A program made the translations under genes and the position numbers. Below the pieces are notes generated by a model. It had not been told where the DNA came from. It saw only the letters and a program-made list of their open reading frames with translations, and made no database searches. A stretch of DNA of 64,000 nt from an uncultured Planctomycetaceae bacterium (GTDB taxonomy: Bacteria > Planctomycetota > Planctomycetia > Isosphaerales > Isosphaeraceae), in the NCBI GenBank assembly GCA_963833985.1, contig CAWIAD010000002.1, positions 1,408,001-1,472,000 on the forward strand. The letters are read 5' to 3'. Shown piece by piece: positions 38,903 to 49,267 of this stretch (its first letter is position 1; each line of letters starts with the position of its first letter).

Positions 38903-41169
38903 TAAGCATGGGGCGATGGCGATGCCGGGTTGCGGTCGTAGACCGGGCCGCGTGCGCCGACCTGGTCCTGAAACAGGATGTCCACCGGGTAATCCTTGAC
39001 GAACTGGAGCCGGAGCGCGGTATTGGCCGCGCGCACGGCGGGATGCCAGGGAGTTGTCGTCCACCCCACGCTCCGCGGTCCGTAGCGCTCGTGATACGGC
39101 CGGCCGTCGAGCCCGCGCGCAGGGGAGCGTCGCCAGCCTTCAGGAAGGTCGGTCCGCGCGGCTCGTCGCACCACCAGGTGGGGTTCGTGTAGGGCATCAC
39201 CAGGTGGCCAAGCTGGTGAGCCCGCTCGATCACGGCGCGCAGGTCCGCCTCGGTGCCGAAGCCGGCACGCGGAGGCAGGTGGTCCGGGTACTGCTTGTCA
39301 AAACCGCCGTGCAGGTAATCGGCGAAATGGATCAAGGTCGGGACCGGCAAGGTCGGCAGACTTTCGAGCAGGTCATGCGCCGACCCGTTGAACTTCACGA
39401 GCACCGTCTTGCGAAACCGGTCGAACCGCTCCGGGGGCAGCTTTTCCTCCAGGGTCCGGCCCAGTGCGTTCGCCCGAGCGTAGCGATGCAGGTCTTCCCA
39501 CACCGAGTGCCCGGCCGAGAGACGCACGATCGGGGACTGCCAGGGACGGCCGGGCGGCAGGTACACCACAAAGCCGCGCGTGGACCAGCCTCCCTGCTCG
39601 TCGCCTCCGAATTGCAGCTTGCCGGGAGTGAAAAGCGCCGCCGGGTCGTTCCGGCCCTGCCAGGGTTGCCAGGTACGCGGCTGGACGCGGTAGACCGCCA
39701 GGCTGCCCGAGTTGCTGGCAAGGTGGACGAAGTCCGCGAACGCCGGCGGATACTCGGCCTCGTAGCCGAGATAGCGCCGGGGCACAAGAGCGGCGTAAAA
39801 CGGGTATCCGCCCGTCTCGATCCAGTGCCCACCCTGGCGGACGAACCGGCCCACGGCGTCGATCAGTTCGCGCACGCCTTCCGGCGCTGCGGCGGGCAGC
39901 CATTCGCCGTAGGGGTTGATGATCGCCAGGTCGCTTGCGGCACGCAGGCCGCGGAGCAGCTCCTCGACCGTGGCGATGAGCTCGACCCGGCACCCCGCCT
40001 CTGCCGCCAGGCGGTCGAGACGTGGTTTCCAGGACGCGACAGGGATCGCATTGCCGCCTCCGGTTTCCGGCCCGTTTTCGAGCTGGATCAGGCCGATGGT
40101 GGTGCGGCGCCCATGCCCTGTGGCAAGGTTCCGGACCAGCCCGAGGAAGGCCGCATGGGCCAGTTCTGCCTCGGCCGGCCGCACGAACCCGCCCCAGCGC
40201 CAGAACCTGCCGGTGCCTCCCAGGCGGCTGGCGCTCAGTACGGGTCCGCTGGCGGAATCAAGCAGCACGAGGTCCGCGGACGATCGCGTGGGCGGCCGGC
40301 ACACATCCACGCGGGCGCCCTGGAGCCGAGCGGCCAGGGCGTCGCCCAGCCAGGCCTTTCCCGCCGAGGTCACCGCGATCGGTTCGGAGGCGCTCTCCAT
40401 GGCGCGCATCACGATCCCATCAGGGACCAGCCTGGAAAGATTCTCCGGGCCCATGTTCCAGGGCAGCCAGCCCGCGGCATGGGCCTGCTTCCGGAAGAAA
40501 GACGCCCGCAGTGCCACCCCGACGCCGTCATGAGGCGCCAGCGGGGCGACGAAGCGCTTCAGCTTCGAGGGATCGAAACGCAGCCGCCCGGGAAGCTCGA
40601 ACGCGAGGATGGCTCGTGCGTACGGTTCCACCGTCGCGTGGATGTCGACACCCTCTTCAACACCCTCCACGACCACCCGCACGCGAGCCTCGGCCGAGCG
40701 AAAATCGAGCTCGATCCTGTCTGATCCGGGCTGGTGCTGGACGTTCAGGCTGCGCCCGGATACGCCGGGCGAGAACTCGCGGGCCGCGAGCGCCGAACCA
40801 TCCTCGAACGTGATCCGCCAGAGCCCATGCTCGCTCCCGCGGACGACCGTTTCGGACTGGCCGGCCATGCCCGCCCGGAGAAGGGACCCCGTCACAGGGT
40901 CCAGCACGACCTCGCACGCGCCTCCGCGGATCTGGATCGGTTCCGCGGCCGACGCACTCAGGCAGGTGAAGGCCAGCCAGCAGGCCGCAAGCGGGCCGAT
41001 TCGTCGTTTCATCGCGATGCTCCTCATCGAGCCGGGTTCTTTCATCATTCATTCGTGAACGAAGCGTGCAGCACCCTCATCGGAGCAACCCGGGCCGGTC
41101 CAGTCAAGCATTCAGAGGACCCATCGATATCGCGCGGAATCTCTGTTCCGGCTGCGTGAGCGCTGCGAG

Positions 41170-41569
41170 AATGTCTGGATCATCGCTTGTTTACCCCGTC
41201 GAATGGCTCGGGGCTCAGGAGCGTGAAAGCCTGCCCCTCGGTCGATATTCTGCTGATCAGCGGGCTGCACGCGAACGAGCGCTGCGCCCCGCTCCTGCGC
41301 GCGAAGTCTACCGGATGCTGCGCCAGGGCGCGTTCGGGGTATGCCTGGTCGAGATCCCCTTCGCACACACGCTCCTGGCTCTCCTGGACGATCCCGCGGC
41401 CGCCGTGCCGGTCTACTCGCTGCCGGCGGGTACGCGGCGTCTGGACATGGATCTGGATGCGCTCGACCTGGAGCTTCGGCGGCGTTTTCCCGGAGCACTG
41501 GCCGTCGAAACACTTTGCCGAGCTCGGCATAAGGATTCTCATGCCCAGCGACCTCAGGGCTCGAGGTAA
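41170..41569 (+). pseudogene. Frameshifted fragment with an M14/desuccinylase-like Zn motif
   Basis: Joining frames gives ...VDILLISGLHANERCAPLL-AREVYRML...; HxxE motif. Confidence 0.35.
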
Positions 41570-41601
41570 GCGAGCGCGTAGAGAAGGTGACACGGTGGAC
41601 T

Positions 41602-41696
41602 AAAACGGGGCCACCCACAATCTGCAACTAAAACGGTGATAAAACGGGGCCACCCAGAGTCTGAGATCTCAGCCAATGGGTGGCGCTTCTGCCATC
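41602..41696. repeat. GGGGCCACCC REP-like repeat cluster (related copy at 44752-44817)
   Basis: AAAACGGGGCCACCCA twice, then TGAGATMTCAGCCARTGGGTGGCSCTTCTGCCATC shared with the second cluster. Confidence 0.8.
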
Positions 41697-41729
41697 GCCG
41701 CGAAATACCGGCCCAGCAGCCGACCGCCA

Positions 41730-41905
41730 TCCCTTCAGAGACTTTCGAGCCCGCCACCCTGCCGTCCTCGGTAACCTTCAGGTCCTCCGCCCGGTCTTGC
41801 TCCCGGACGTGTTCGACCCGCTGCTTGATCGACGTGTGCGTGCTGGTCTCGGACGCCTGGGCAATCCCCGCGGGCACCGGATTCATTTGGAGATGGGCGT
41901 AGGAC
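41730..41905 (-). pseudogene. RAYT-like (Y1 HUH) transposase fragment
   Basis: MNPVPAGIAQASETSTHTSIKQRVEHV...EDLK, resembling the region after YxDLNP. Confidence 0.65.
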
Positions 41906-41923
41906 ACCAGCCGGGAATCCGGA

Positions 41924-42077
41924 ACTCCTGGGGCCATCGGCATTCCCCCCCCGACCCGCACCGAGCTTCAAGCGGCCCGGCACACCAAGCCGAGCCGTCA
42001 GGCCAACTTGCGAGCTTGAATCCTGCGCGGGCGGAACGGATGCCACCCCGAATTATGGATGGCCCCTTCCCCCTGCA
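41924..42077. repeat. MITE/REPIN-like element, copy 1
   Basis: Near-identical to 52472-52626; inverted termini GGGGCCATC...GATGGCCCC. Confidence 0.85.
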
Positions 42078-43008
42078 CCGGCCCGCCCGGGCCAAGCCAT
42101 CGGACGTTACTCATTGCACAGATGCCAGTTAAGTTTGAGTTTCCCGTTGGCTTCGTTCCGTGACTTGTGCGTGCGGAAGACCCTGGCAACGTGCTGGAAG
42201 GGCGGGACATCGCTGTCTCCATGGAGCCGTCCCACGACCCCGGGGCGCTGCGCCGGCAGGAACCACCGCGCCGTTTTCCTGCTCGACCTCCTCGCCGCAT
42301 CACTGCCCCGCGACGGGCCCATTTTGGGTTCGTTCCCGGGCCCGCCCGGGCGAAGCCATCGGACTTTAACCCTTTCGCGTACAGGATTTAGGTTTGCATT
42401 TTCGATTGGGTTCGATCCCCGACTTGTGCGCTGTAAAATTCCTGCGGACCGCCTCAACCGCCTGGTCAACGAGGGGAGCCGCGCGCCGCCGGCCCGGCGC
42501 TGGTCCAATCCATCCACCGCATTGTCAAAGAGCCGTGGGCACGCTCTGCCTGCGGGCCGATGCGTACGCGGCCTGCCAGAGCACCCGCGGCCTGGTTCCG
42601 CAGGGCACGCTCTCCTTGCGGGCCGAGGCCAATCCGGGATGCCATCGCAGGCTCTCCCGTCCTACTCAGTCTACGGCGGAAATGCCGGCGATCGTGCGAA
42701 TTCGCCGCCGAGTGACATCCTCCCGCCAACACCGGGCCGGTTGCCACTCGCGCACCCGACAGGCCAGACCGCGTAGCCACAGGCCCGATCACCCCGAAGT
42801 GCGTGGGCACCCTGGTGGAGGTGGCGGATGGCCATCTGCGCAAGCGCCCCGGGGTGCACGAGCGCCCCGAGTCCGAGCCGGATGCCCCTGGACGCTAGCA
42901 CCCTGGTGCCCTGGCCGACGGCCTCGGCCGCGAGCGCCCGGAGTCCGGGCCGGAGGGCCTCGTGCTTGAGTGCCCGGAGCACGCGAGCGCTCCGGAGTCC
43001 CGAGGCGG

Positions 43009-43510
43009 ATGGCCACGTGCGTCAGCACGTGGTTTTCACGGGCGCAGCCCCCAGCCTCGGGCGTGAGCCCGACCTGCACCGCGCCGCATCGCACGCATGG
43101 CTCCGGCGCTGGTCTGCCGGTCCCGGCGTTCGCGGCACATGGCCACGTGCGTCAGCACGTGGTTTTCACGGGCGCAGCCCCCAGCCTCGGGCGTGAGCCC
43201 GACACGTTCGCCGCCACCAGCCCGACACGTTCGCCGCCACCAGCCCGACACGCATGTCGCCGCATCGCATACATCGCCACAGCGACGACCTACACGTCCC
43301 GGGGTTCGCGGCACATGGCCACGTGCGTCAGCACGTGGTTTTCACGGGCGCAGCCCCCAACCTCGGGCGTGAGCCCGACCTGCACCGCGCCGCATCGCAC
43401 GCATGGGCTCCGGCGCTGGTCTGCCGGTCCCGGCGTTCGCGGCGCATGGCCACGTGCGTAAGCACGTGGTTTTCACGGGCGCAGCCCCCAACCTCGGGCG
43501 TGAGCCCGAC
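43009..43510. repeat. Array of four 65-bp palindromic repeats
   Basis: Units at 43009-43073, 43139-43203, 43315-43379, 43446-43510; hairpin CCACGTGC-GTCA-GCACGTGG. Confidence 0.92.
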
Positions 43511-43575
43511 CAGTACCTCGCCTCGTCACCCGCATCGTCACGGCGACGCCGTCGTCACGTCACCGCGCCGCGCAT

Positions 43576-43655
43576 CCACGCTCTGGAACCGCCCCTCGAA
43601 GACGCCCCGCGAGTGTTCTCCTCGCTGTTGGACATCCGCGACAGCGCCTCCTTGA
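43576..43655 (-). pseudogene. RAYT-like transposase fragment
   Basis: LKEALSRMSNSEENTRGA(F)FEGRFQSV with one frameshift. Confidence 0.6.
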
Positions 43656-43658
43656 GGG

Positions 43659-43685
43659 GCAAGACTGCAATGCCTGCCCTCTCTT
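43659..43685. repeat. 27-bp direct repeat (other copy 45067-45093)
   Basis: GCAAGACTGCAATGCCTGYCCTCTCTT. Confidence 0.85.
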
Positions 43686-43900
43686 ATCCTCCTCTCTTTC
43701 GTCTCTCTTTCGTCACGGATGACTCCGGTGACCGAAACTCTTCTCCGAGCAGGCAGCGCCTCGCAGGCAAGCGTCAGGTCCGGGAGCGACAGGCTGGGAT
43801 TTCACGCCACTGGCGTGTTTCTTGCCATCTTCGGCGACATGCCTGCACAAGAGGCAACGGGGAGGAGCTACCATCAGTAAGCGCTGGAAATCAGCGGGTT

Positions 43901-44461
43901 TTACGGGAGCAGCTCCACCACGGGGATCCGGCCGACGACCTGCCCGTCGATCACGAGATCGACCGATTCCGTTTCTCCCAGCATCGTGGGAGCCGGGTAC
44001 TGTCCACCGACCGGGTTCGCGTAGACCTCCAGCCGGCGCTTGGGAACGATGATGATCCAGTAGACCGGAATGCCGCCTGCCCCGTAGTCACGGGCAAGCT
44101 TCCGGTCCTTGGCCACGCTCGAACGTGTGGCCTCAACGACCAGTGCGACGTCGGCCGGTCCGGGATGATGGTCCTTGTAGTCGCGGATATGGCCCCGGAC
44201 CACGGATACGTCAGGCTCCGGCTCGCTCCTGCGGTTCGGGATCGATACCGGCTGTTCGGCGAGGGTGTGCCAGCCAGGCGGAAGCAACCGCTCGATGGCT
44301 TGCATGGTGAGCTGAGTGGCCGTCGTGTGGGGCGGATTCTTCACTTCCTTCTCCACGATGCGGCCGTTGATCAGCTCGAAGCGGTTCGTCTCCGGCAGGA
44401 TTCCGTGGCGAATCAGCTTGTCATACCCCGCGACGCTGAGTCGCTTTGTCGCCGTGCTCAC
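43901..44461 (-). CDS. Uma2-family endonuclease
   Basis: RFELINGRIV, SEPEPDV, LVVEA, GIPVYWII. Confidence 0.9.
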   Translation of the reverse strand: MSTATKRLSVAGYDKLIRHGILPETNRFELINGRIVEKEVKNPPHTTATQLTMQAIERLLPPGWHTLAEQPVSIPNRRSEPEPDVSVVRGHIRDYKDHHPGPADVALVVEATRSSVAKDRKLARDYGAGGIPVYWIIIVPKRRLEVYANPVGGQYPAPTMLGETESVDLVIDGQVVGRIPVVELLP

Positions 44462-44751
44462 TTCCCGCCCCCCTCTTCCGAATCCGGGCCAGGCACTCTT
44501 CAACGGCTACCCTGGCGGGAGCCGACATGCGGGTGTCTCGTCTGGCCGCCTCGATCCGCAATTCACGATGAGCACCGAGAGGCCACCCGGAACAGCATAA
44601 CTCGATCCACTGAGTATACGGCTGCACTGTGGAGCGAGCCAACGCCATAATCTCGATCACAGTGTTGGCTTTGTTTACGGTGTTCGTATGACAACCGAGT
44701 CGGGTCAACAGTCGACCCGCACAGCGGGTTTGCTCGCGATAAAGCGGCGAT

Positions 44752-44903
44752 AAAACGGGGCCACCCACAGTTTGAGATATCAGCCAGTGGGTGGCCCTTC
44801 TGCCATCCCTGCCGATAAGAGGCTGAATGCGACGATTGAGCCGACCGTGAGCCAGAATGTGGGTGGCCCCATCTGCCTCAGAATGTGGGTGGCCCCATCT
44901 GCC
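44752..44903. repeat. GGGGCCACCC REP-like cluster with tandem AGAATGTGGGTGGCCCCATCTGCC
   Basis: Direct and inverted copies of the GGGCCACCC core. Confidence 0.8.
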
Positions 44904-44934
44904 CTCCATCTGCCCTGCCATCTGCCCGAGTCTG

Positions 44935-45062
44935 AGTCCAGCCTCCGGCGGTCCTCGATCGGGCACAGCCACAGGCCTTCTTCCAGTCCCGCGGCCGCCT
45001 GCGACCCCGCCACGCTGCCAGCCTCGGCAGCCTTCAGTTCCTCGGCTCGACCCTGTTCCTGA
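44935..45062 (-). pseudogene. RAYT-like transposase fragment
   Basis: VQEQGRAEELKAAEAGSVAGSQAAAGLEEGLWLCPIEDRRRLDS; homologous to the fragment at 41730-41905. Confidence 0.65.
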
Positions 45063-45114
45063 ACGAGCAAGACTGCAATGCCTGTCCTCTCTTTCTTTTG
45101 AACGAGGACGGACC

Positions 45115-45374
45115 GTGAACATCAGCTTTGAGATACCCCACGACATCGAAGAGCAGATTCGCGCCGAGGGGACGGACCTCAACCGAAAGGCGAGGGAAGC
45201 CTTCCTGCTCGAACTGTACCGCGAGGAGCGTATCTCCCATGCTCAGCTCCGGTGGCGTTGGGCTTGAGCTTCCATGCAACGGAGGTGCTCATCAAGCAAC
45301 GAAGGGTCGGGCAGGACATCGAACTCGATGAGTTCGAGTCAGGGCGCGAGTTTCTGAGGAAGGCCAGGCCCTGA
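45115..45374 (+). CDS. UPF0175-family putative antitoxin (frameshift near 45252)
   Basis: ISFEIP.DIE...AREAFLLELYRE.RISHAQL..ALGLS. Confidence 0.75.
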
Positions 45375-45658
45375 TGACGGTCGTCTGCGACATGGGGCCT
45401 CTGCACTACCTGATCCTCATCGAGGCCGAGCACATCCTGTCCCAGCTTTTCGACCGCGTGCATATTCCCCAGGCCGTGCATGCCGAACTGAGCCATCCCC
45501 ATACCCCCGAGCCGGTCCGACGCTGGGCCGTCGCTCTTCCTTCCTGGGTCGAGGTGAAGGAGCCTACCAAGATCGAGGACATTCCATTGCTCGGCAGAAG
45601 GGGCTTGAAAGGAGCAGGCGAGCCTCGCCGAGCGTCGTTCCAGCTCATTCAGGAATGA
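45374..45658 (+). pseudogene. DUF3368/PIN-like toxin, truncated after GAGE
   Basis: VVCDMGPLHYLILI...IPQAVHAEL...TPEPVRRW; the C-terminal half is missing. Confidence 0.75.
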
Positions 45659-45981
45659 AGCTCGCCGCTCCAGTAACGGAACTCGATCGTCTCGTCCCCG
45701 CGCTGGTACCGTAGCTCAGAGGCCGGAACTTCGGTGACCCACACGTCTTTTGCCACCCAATTGGTCCGGCTGACCGCGATGATCGCCCGGTCGTTGAGTA
45801 CGTCGTCGATGAATCGCCGTATCGCGGCGGGCTCGCCCAGGCCTGAAGACGAGGCCAGGATATCTGCGTGAGTATGCCACGGGAAGCCCGCAAAACCAAT
45901 GGCCGTATCGCCATCGGCCGCGCGGCAGACCACGAGTTTCAGCAAGCCATCGTTGCTCGTGTGCGCCTCGACGATACTCAA
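45649..45981 (-). CDS. Hypothetical protein
   Basis: TTG start after GGGAG; IVEAHTSNDGLL...GFAGFPWHTHADIL...FRYWSG. Confidence 0.65.
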   Translation of the reverse strand: MSIVEAHTSNDGLLKLVVCRAADGDTAIGFAGFPWHTHADILASSSGLGEPAAIRRFIDDVLNDRAIIAVSRTNWVAKDVWVTEVPASELRYQRGDETIEFRYWSGELHS

Positions 45982-46043
45982 CGGCACCGGCTCCCGGAGG
46001 TCTCCCGAGACCGCCTCGCCTCGCCACGCAGGAAGGAAAGAGG

Positions 46044-46283
46044 TCAAGGGGCTTGCTGCTGGGACGGCAGAGCCAGCCATTCGGGCTGCTGGCTCAACCA
46101 CGCTCGATACTGCCTTCCCCGGATAAATCCGCCCCATGCGAACCCAGCGAGCAGGATTGCCAGGACCACGGCGACAAGCCGAAGCTGCCGGGTTGGGGAG
46201 ACTAACCCGGCCAGGGCGACGACGGCAGCTGTGTGTGCCCCACTTGGCGGACGCCGGCGCAACGAGGGGCCAGGGGGTTGCAT
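46044..46283 (-). CDS. Small membrane hypothetical protein
   Basis: 79-aa ORF with a hydrophobic segment, downstream of a boundary site. Confidence 0.45.
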   Translation of the reverse strand: MQPPGPSLRRRPPSGAHTAAVVALAGLVSPTRQLRLVAVVLAILLAGFAWGGFIRGRQYRAWLSQQPEWLALPSQQQAP

Positions 46284-46306
46284 CGGATAAGCGAAGCGTG
46301 CCTTGA

Positions 46307-46340
46307 GTGTAAAGATTCAACTACAGTTCAGACGTTACAC
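46307..46340. repeat. Cassette-boundary site (clearly palindromic, TACA core)
   Basis: GTGTAAAGATTCAAC-TACA-GTTCAGA-CGTTACAC; 11/15 dyad symmetry. Confidence 0.8.
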
Positions 46341-46582
46341 ATTTCGATCAGTGTTCTGAGGGTCGCTCAAGGCTAAAACGGTGAGTCGTTTGTCCAGTTC
46401 GGCTCTCTGCCTTGCGATGAAGATGCAGCGTGATTGGTGGTGGGCTGGCGTCATCGTGAAACCGATGGTCTTCCGTCAATTCCGTCAATGCTATGCGTAC
46501 TGTCGCATACCCCACTGCCTCGACATCCACCTGCCAGCAGCAATATAAGACACATCGTGACTTTCTGAAGAGCGTTGAGTTA

Positions 46583-47935
46583 GGCGAGCGGCAGGTCTTA
46601 GTTTCCCTGCTGCTCGGTGATTCTCGGTTTGATAGTGATGTCATACTTCGGCAGGGTCGCCGATCTTTCCAATCGAGCTTCGTACTGCTTCATCTCCTTG
46701 GCGGCGACTCGAACGCCATCGGGATACTCGCCGTGGAGGCGTTTCACGATCGGGTGCCGGCGCTTCCAGGTCATTCGTAGGGCGCATTGCAGGACCACCT
46801 TCAGGCAGTTCAGTAACACGCCGTTCCATTTCTTCTCCAGGGCCGACCAGCAGCGTTCAATCGGGTTGTATTTGCTGTGGTAGGGGGGATAGTACACCAA
46901 CCGAATCTCCAACCCCGACCAGTCGGCAAACTGGACCATCCGTTTCAGGAACTGGGTCCGCCGACCGGAGTTCTTGGGGCCGTTGTCCAGATAGATCACC
47001 AGGCGCTTGACATGCCCGAAGCCTGACCGGACCTGCAGCCACCACATGCGGAGCGCATCGGCCCAAGCGTCGCTGGTCTCGCGCGATCCGAACAGGAGCA
47101 TCAATACCCCGGTCACCCGCATCACGATGCCGAAAGGGACCAGCTTCTCCTTGGCTGGCGGATCGTGATCCCATCCCTTGGCCACTTGACCGTCGGCGGC
47201 GGTCCTGGTTTTTCCCCCCACGAGCGTAATCGCCCAATCCCACCTTCGCCTTGGTGTCCATGGAGATCTCCAGCGCCTCAGGATCGTCCCGAGCCTGTTG
47301 CTGCACCTCCTTCACGTTGGCGAAGATCGCGTCGGTCTCCTTGGTCTTCTTCAGCGGCCTGCCCTTCTGAATCCGCTTGAGGCGGAAGTTCATGCGGTTG
47401 AGGATGTCCCGCATGGTGCGCTCGCTGGGCAACGCGTCTCGGGGATAGCCCTTGTCAATCAAGGCTCCTCGCACCTCCGCCGCCGACAGGTTCATGTACC
47501 GTCGCGACGACTTCAGTTCCGGATCGGCGTAGGTATGGGGCTCGACGATCGCACGGATGTCCGCAGCCAGTTGCGGGTCCTTCTCTTCGCTGCGCAGCCG
47601 ACCTCTCGCGACGAAATTCTCGAGACAGCGTATCCCTTGACGGGCCTCGTGCAGTCCTTTCAGGACCGTTTCTCGTCCCCAGCCGAAGCGTCGTTCAGCT
47701 TGGCGGGCGCTGCCTTCACAGAGTTCCGTGGCCACCTCGGCCATGAACAATCGGCGCTGGTATCCGGTCAGCCGTCTGGCTCCCGAACAGATCAAGGCGT
47801 CGAGGCACTCAGTGGATCCTTCCATGACGGTTCCCCTCCCTGGTGTACAGACGGCAACAGGCCAGGCTCTAGCCTTGCATCATCTCACAGAACGGGGAAG
47901 CTCAATTCCGGGTAGATCTCGACGTGCCGGTCGCC
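46583..47935 (-). mobile_element. ISAzo13-family IS, copy 3 (1353 bp)
   Basis: Reverse-complement copy; TTA duplication at 46580-46582 and 47936-47938. Confidence 0.95.
46598..47825 (-). CDS. ISAzo13-family transposase (G6A5 frameshift)
   Basis: Translation identical to copies 1 and 2. Confidence 0.9.
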
Positions 47936-48249
47936 TTAGAGCAGCAATTGAACCCGAGGCTGATGGTCGTCTGACCATCCAGACCGGTGGTCGGAGCACG
48001 GTATTCGGCGCGATTGAATTCCGTAAACTTCACCTGGGCTGCTGAGATCGGACGCCCGGAGTCCGCATCGAGGACCGTGAACCTGAGCGGTACATCGGCT
48101 CTTTCGAACGACTGATTGATCGCAGGTGAAGCCAAAAAGACGAGGAGAGCCGTCGCACCACCCATCGCCAACAGCACCGCAGTCCCTTTGAAGATTCGAT
48201 GCAATGGCATGTTCCACCTGGCGGTCCAAGGACGCTCACTTAACCCCGA

Positions 48250-48283
48250 TCTGTCAACACCGTTTATAGTTCCGGCGATACAC
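48250..48283. repeat. Cassette-boundary site
   Basis: TCTGTCAACACCGTT-TATA-GTTCCGG-CGATACAC. Confidence 0.7.
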
Positions 48284-48311
48284 AGTATCTCGGATTCCCA
48301 GGTATGCCGAC

Positions 48312-48758
48312 CTAATCTCGAAGTCCTTCGAGCAAGTCAAATCCTTCAAGCAAGATGTCGATGTCACTGGCCAATACTTGCTCCCAGGCGTAAGAAACTC
48401 GATGCACCAATTCCTCCAGCTGGTCTCGGAACGCTTGGGTGAACGTCGCTCCGCGTGACCAGCGACGATGATATTCCAGTCCTTCATCAATGATACAAGC
48501 AACCGGGTAGGCGACTTCCGCGATAGCCGTCGAGTCTTCCCTCGGGCCTCTCCGCTCCGAGGGCACGGGGCCGTTGAGCCGACCGTTGACGGCCTCCAGG
48601 CAATCGAGGATGTCGCCGCACAGCGGCTGAACGTCGGGGGCCACCCGGTTTCGTTCCGCGTCCCACAATACCCATCCGAAGCTCTCCGTCTCCGGGAGTT
48701 GTCCCCCGGGGAGGTTTGCGTGGTTACAAAGGCGAGCGATCGCTTCCTCAAAAGTCAT
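48312..48758 (-). CDS. Hypothetical acidic protein
   Basis: 148-aa ORF with GGGAG RBS. Confidence 0.7.
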   Translation of the reverse strand: MTFEEAIARLCNHANLPGGQLPETESFGWVLWDAERNRVAPDVQPLCGDILDCLEAVNGRLNGPVPSERRGPREDSTAIAEVAYPVACIIDEGLEYHRRWSRGATFTQAFRDQLEELVHRVSYAWEQVLASDIDILLEGFDLLEGLRD

Positions 48759-48790
48759 TCACGTGGCTCCCGGCGGTCAGTCATAACCCC

Positions 48791-49099
48791 TTACTCATTG
48801 CTTTTATGGAAGAGGCGCATAGCCATCCGTATATCGCCCAGAGCATCCTCCGCGTGGGTAAGCTCGTGAAGCGCCTCACCGAACTTCTCCCATCCGCCGA
48901 GCCTGAGCAGCTCCTCGCGGACGTATGACAACGCCCTCTCGGCGTCGCTGATGCTGCTCTCGGCGTTTACTCGCCACCATGAAGTGAAGTGGTCTGCGAT
49001 CCAGGCTGCTGGCTCGGTGCCCTCTGGCAATCGGCCCATGGGCGACAGGGCCTGCTCGATCCAGTTCACCAGGGCTTCCCTCACCTCATCGCTCGCCAT
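48791..49099 (-). CDS. Hypothetical protein
   Basis: 102-aa ORF with AGGA RBS, co-oriented with the array. Confidence 0.65.
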   Translation of the reverse strand: MASDEVREALVNWIEQALSPMGRLPEGTEPAAWIADHFTSWWRVNAESSISDAERALSYVREELLRLGGWEKFGEALHELTHAEDALGDIRMAMRLFHKSNE

Positions 49100-49174
49100 T
49101 TCGATTCATCCTGGAAGATGAAGGGTCTCGCTCTACTCGAACCGTACAGATAATGCATGGTTGCGTTTAGTGGA

Positions 49175-49208
49175 GCTGCTGCGTCGAACTATATACCACC
49201 CGATGCGG
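49175..49208. repeat. Cassette-boundary site inside a longer hairpin
   Basis: GCTGCTGCGTCGAAC-TATA-TACCACC-CGATGCGG. Confidence 0.8.
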
Positions 49209-49267
49209 CAGCAGCCAACGCGACGCATGCTTCTCCTGGCAGGAATGGCCATGCAGGAACGGTAGGT

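Larger units (their letters stand above)
36649..41048 (-). pseudogene. Large secreted glycoside-hydrolase-like protein interrupted by ISAzo13
   Basis: Signal peptide; GGFDKQYPDHLPP, GHLVMPYTNPTWW, ILFQDQVGAR; coding continues on both sides of the IS, with extra frameshifts. Confidence 0.7.
46348..48210 (-). pseudogene. Secreted hypothetical protein interrupted by ISAzo13
   Basis: Removing the IS and one TTA restores ...LGFNCCS-NSTLFRK... in frame. Confidence 0.8.

Noticed and set aside
43009..43510. CRISPR array
   Set aside because: The repeats are 65 bp, linkers 1 and 3 are near-identical, linker lengths vary from 65 to 111 nt, and there are no cas genes.
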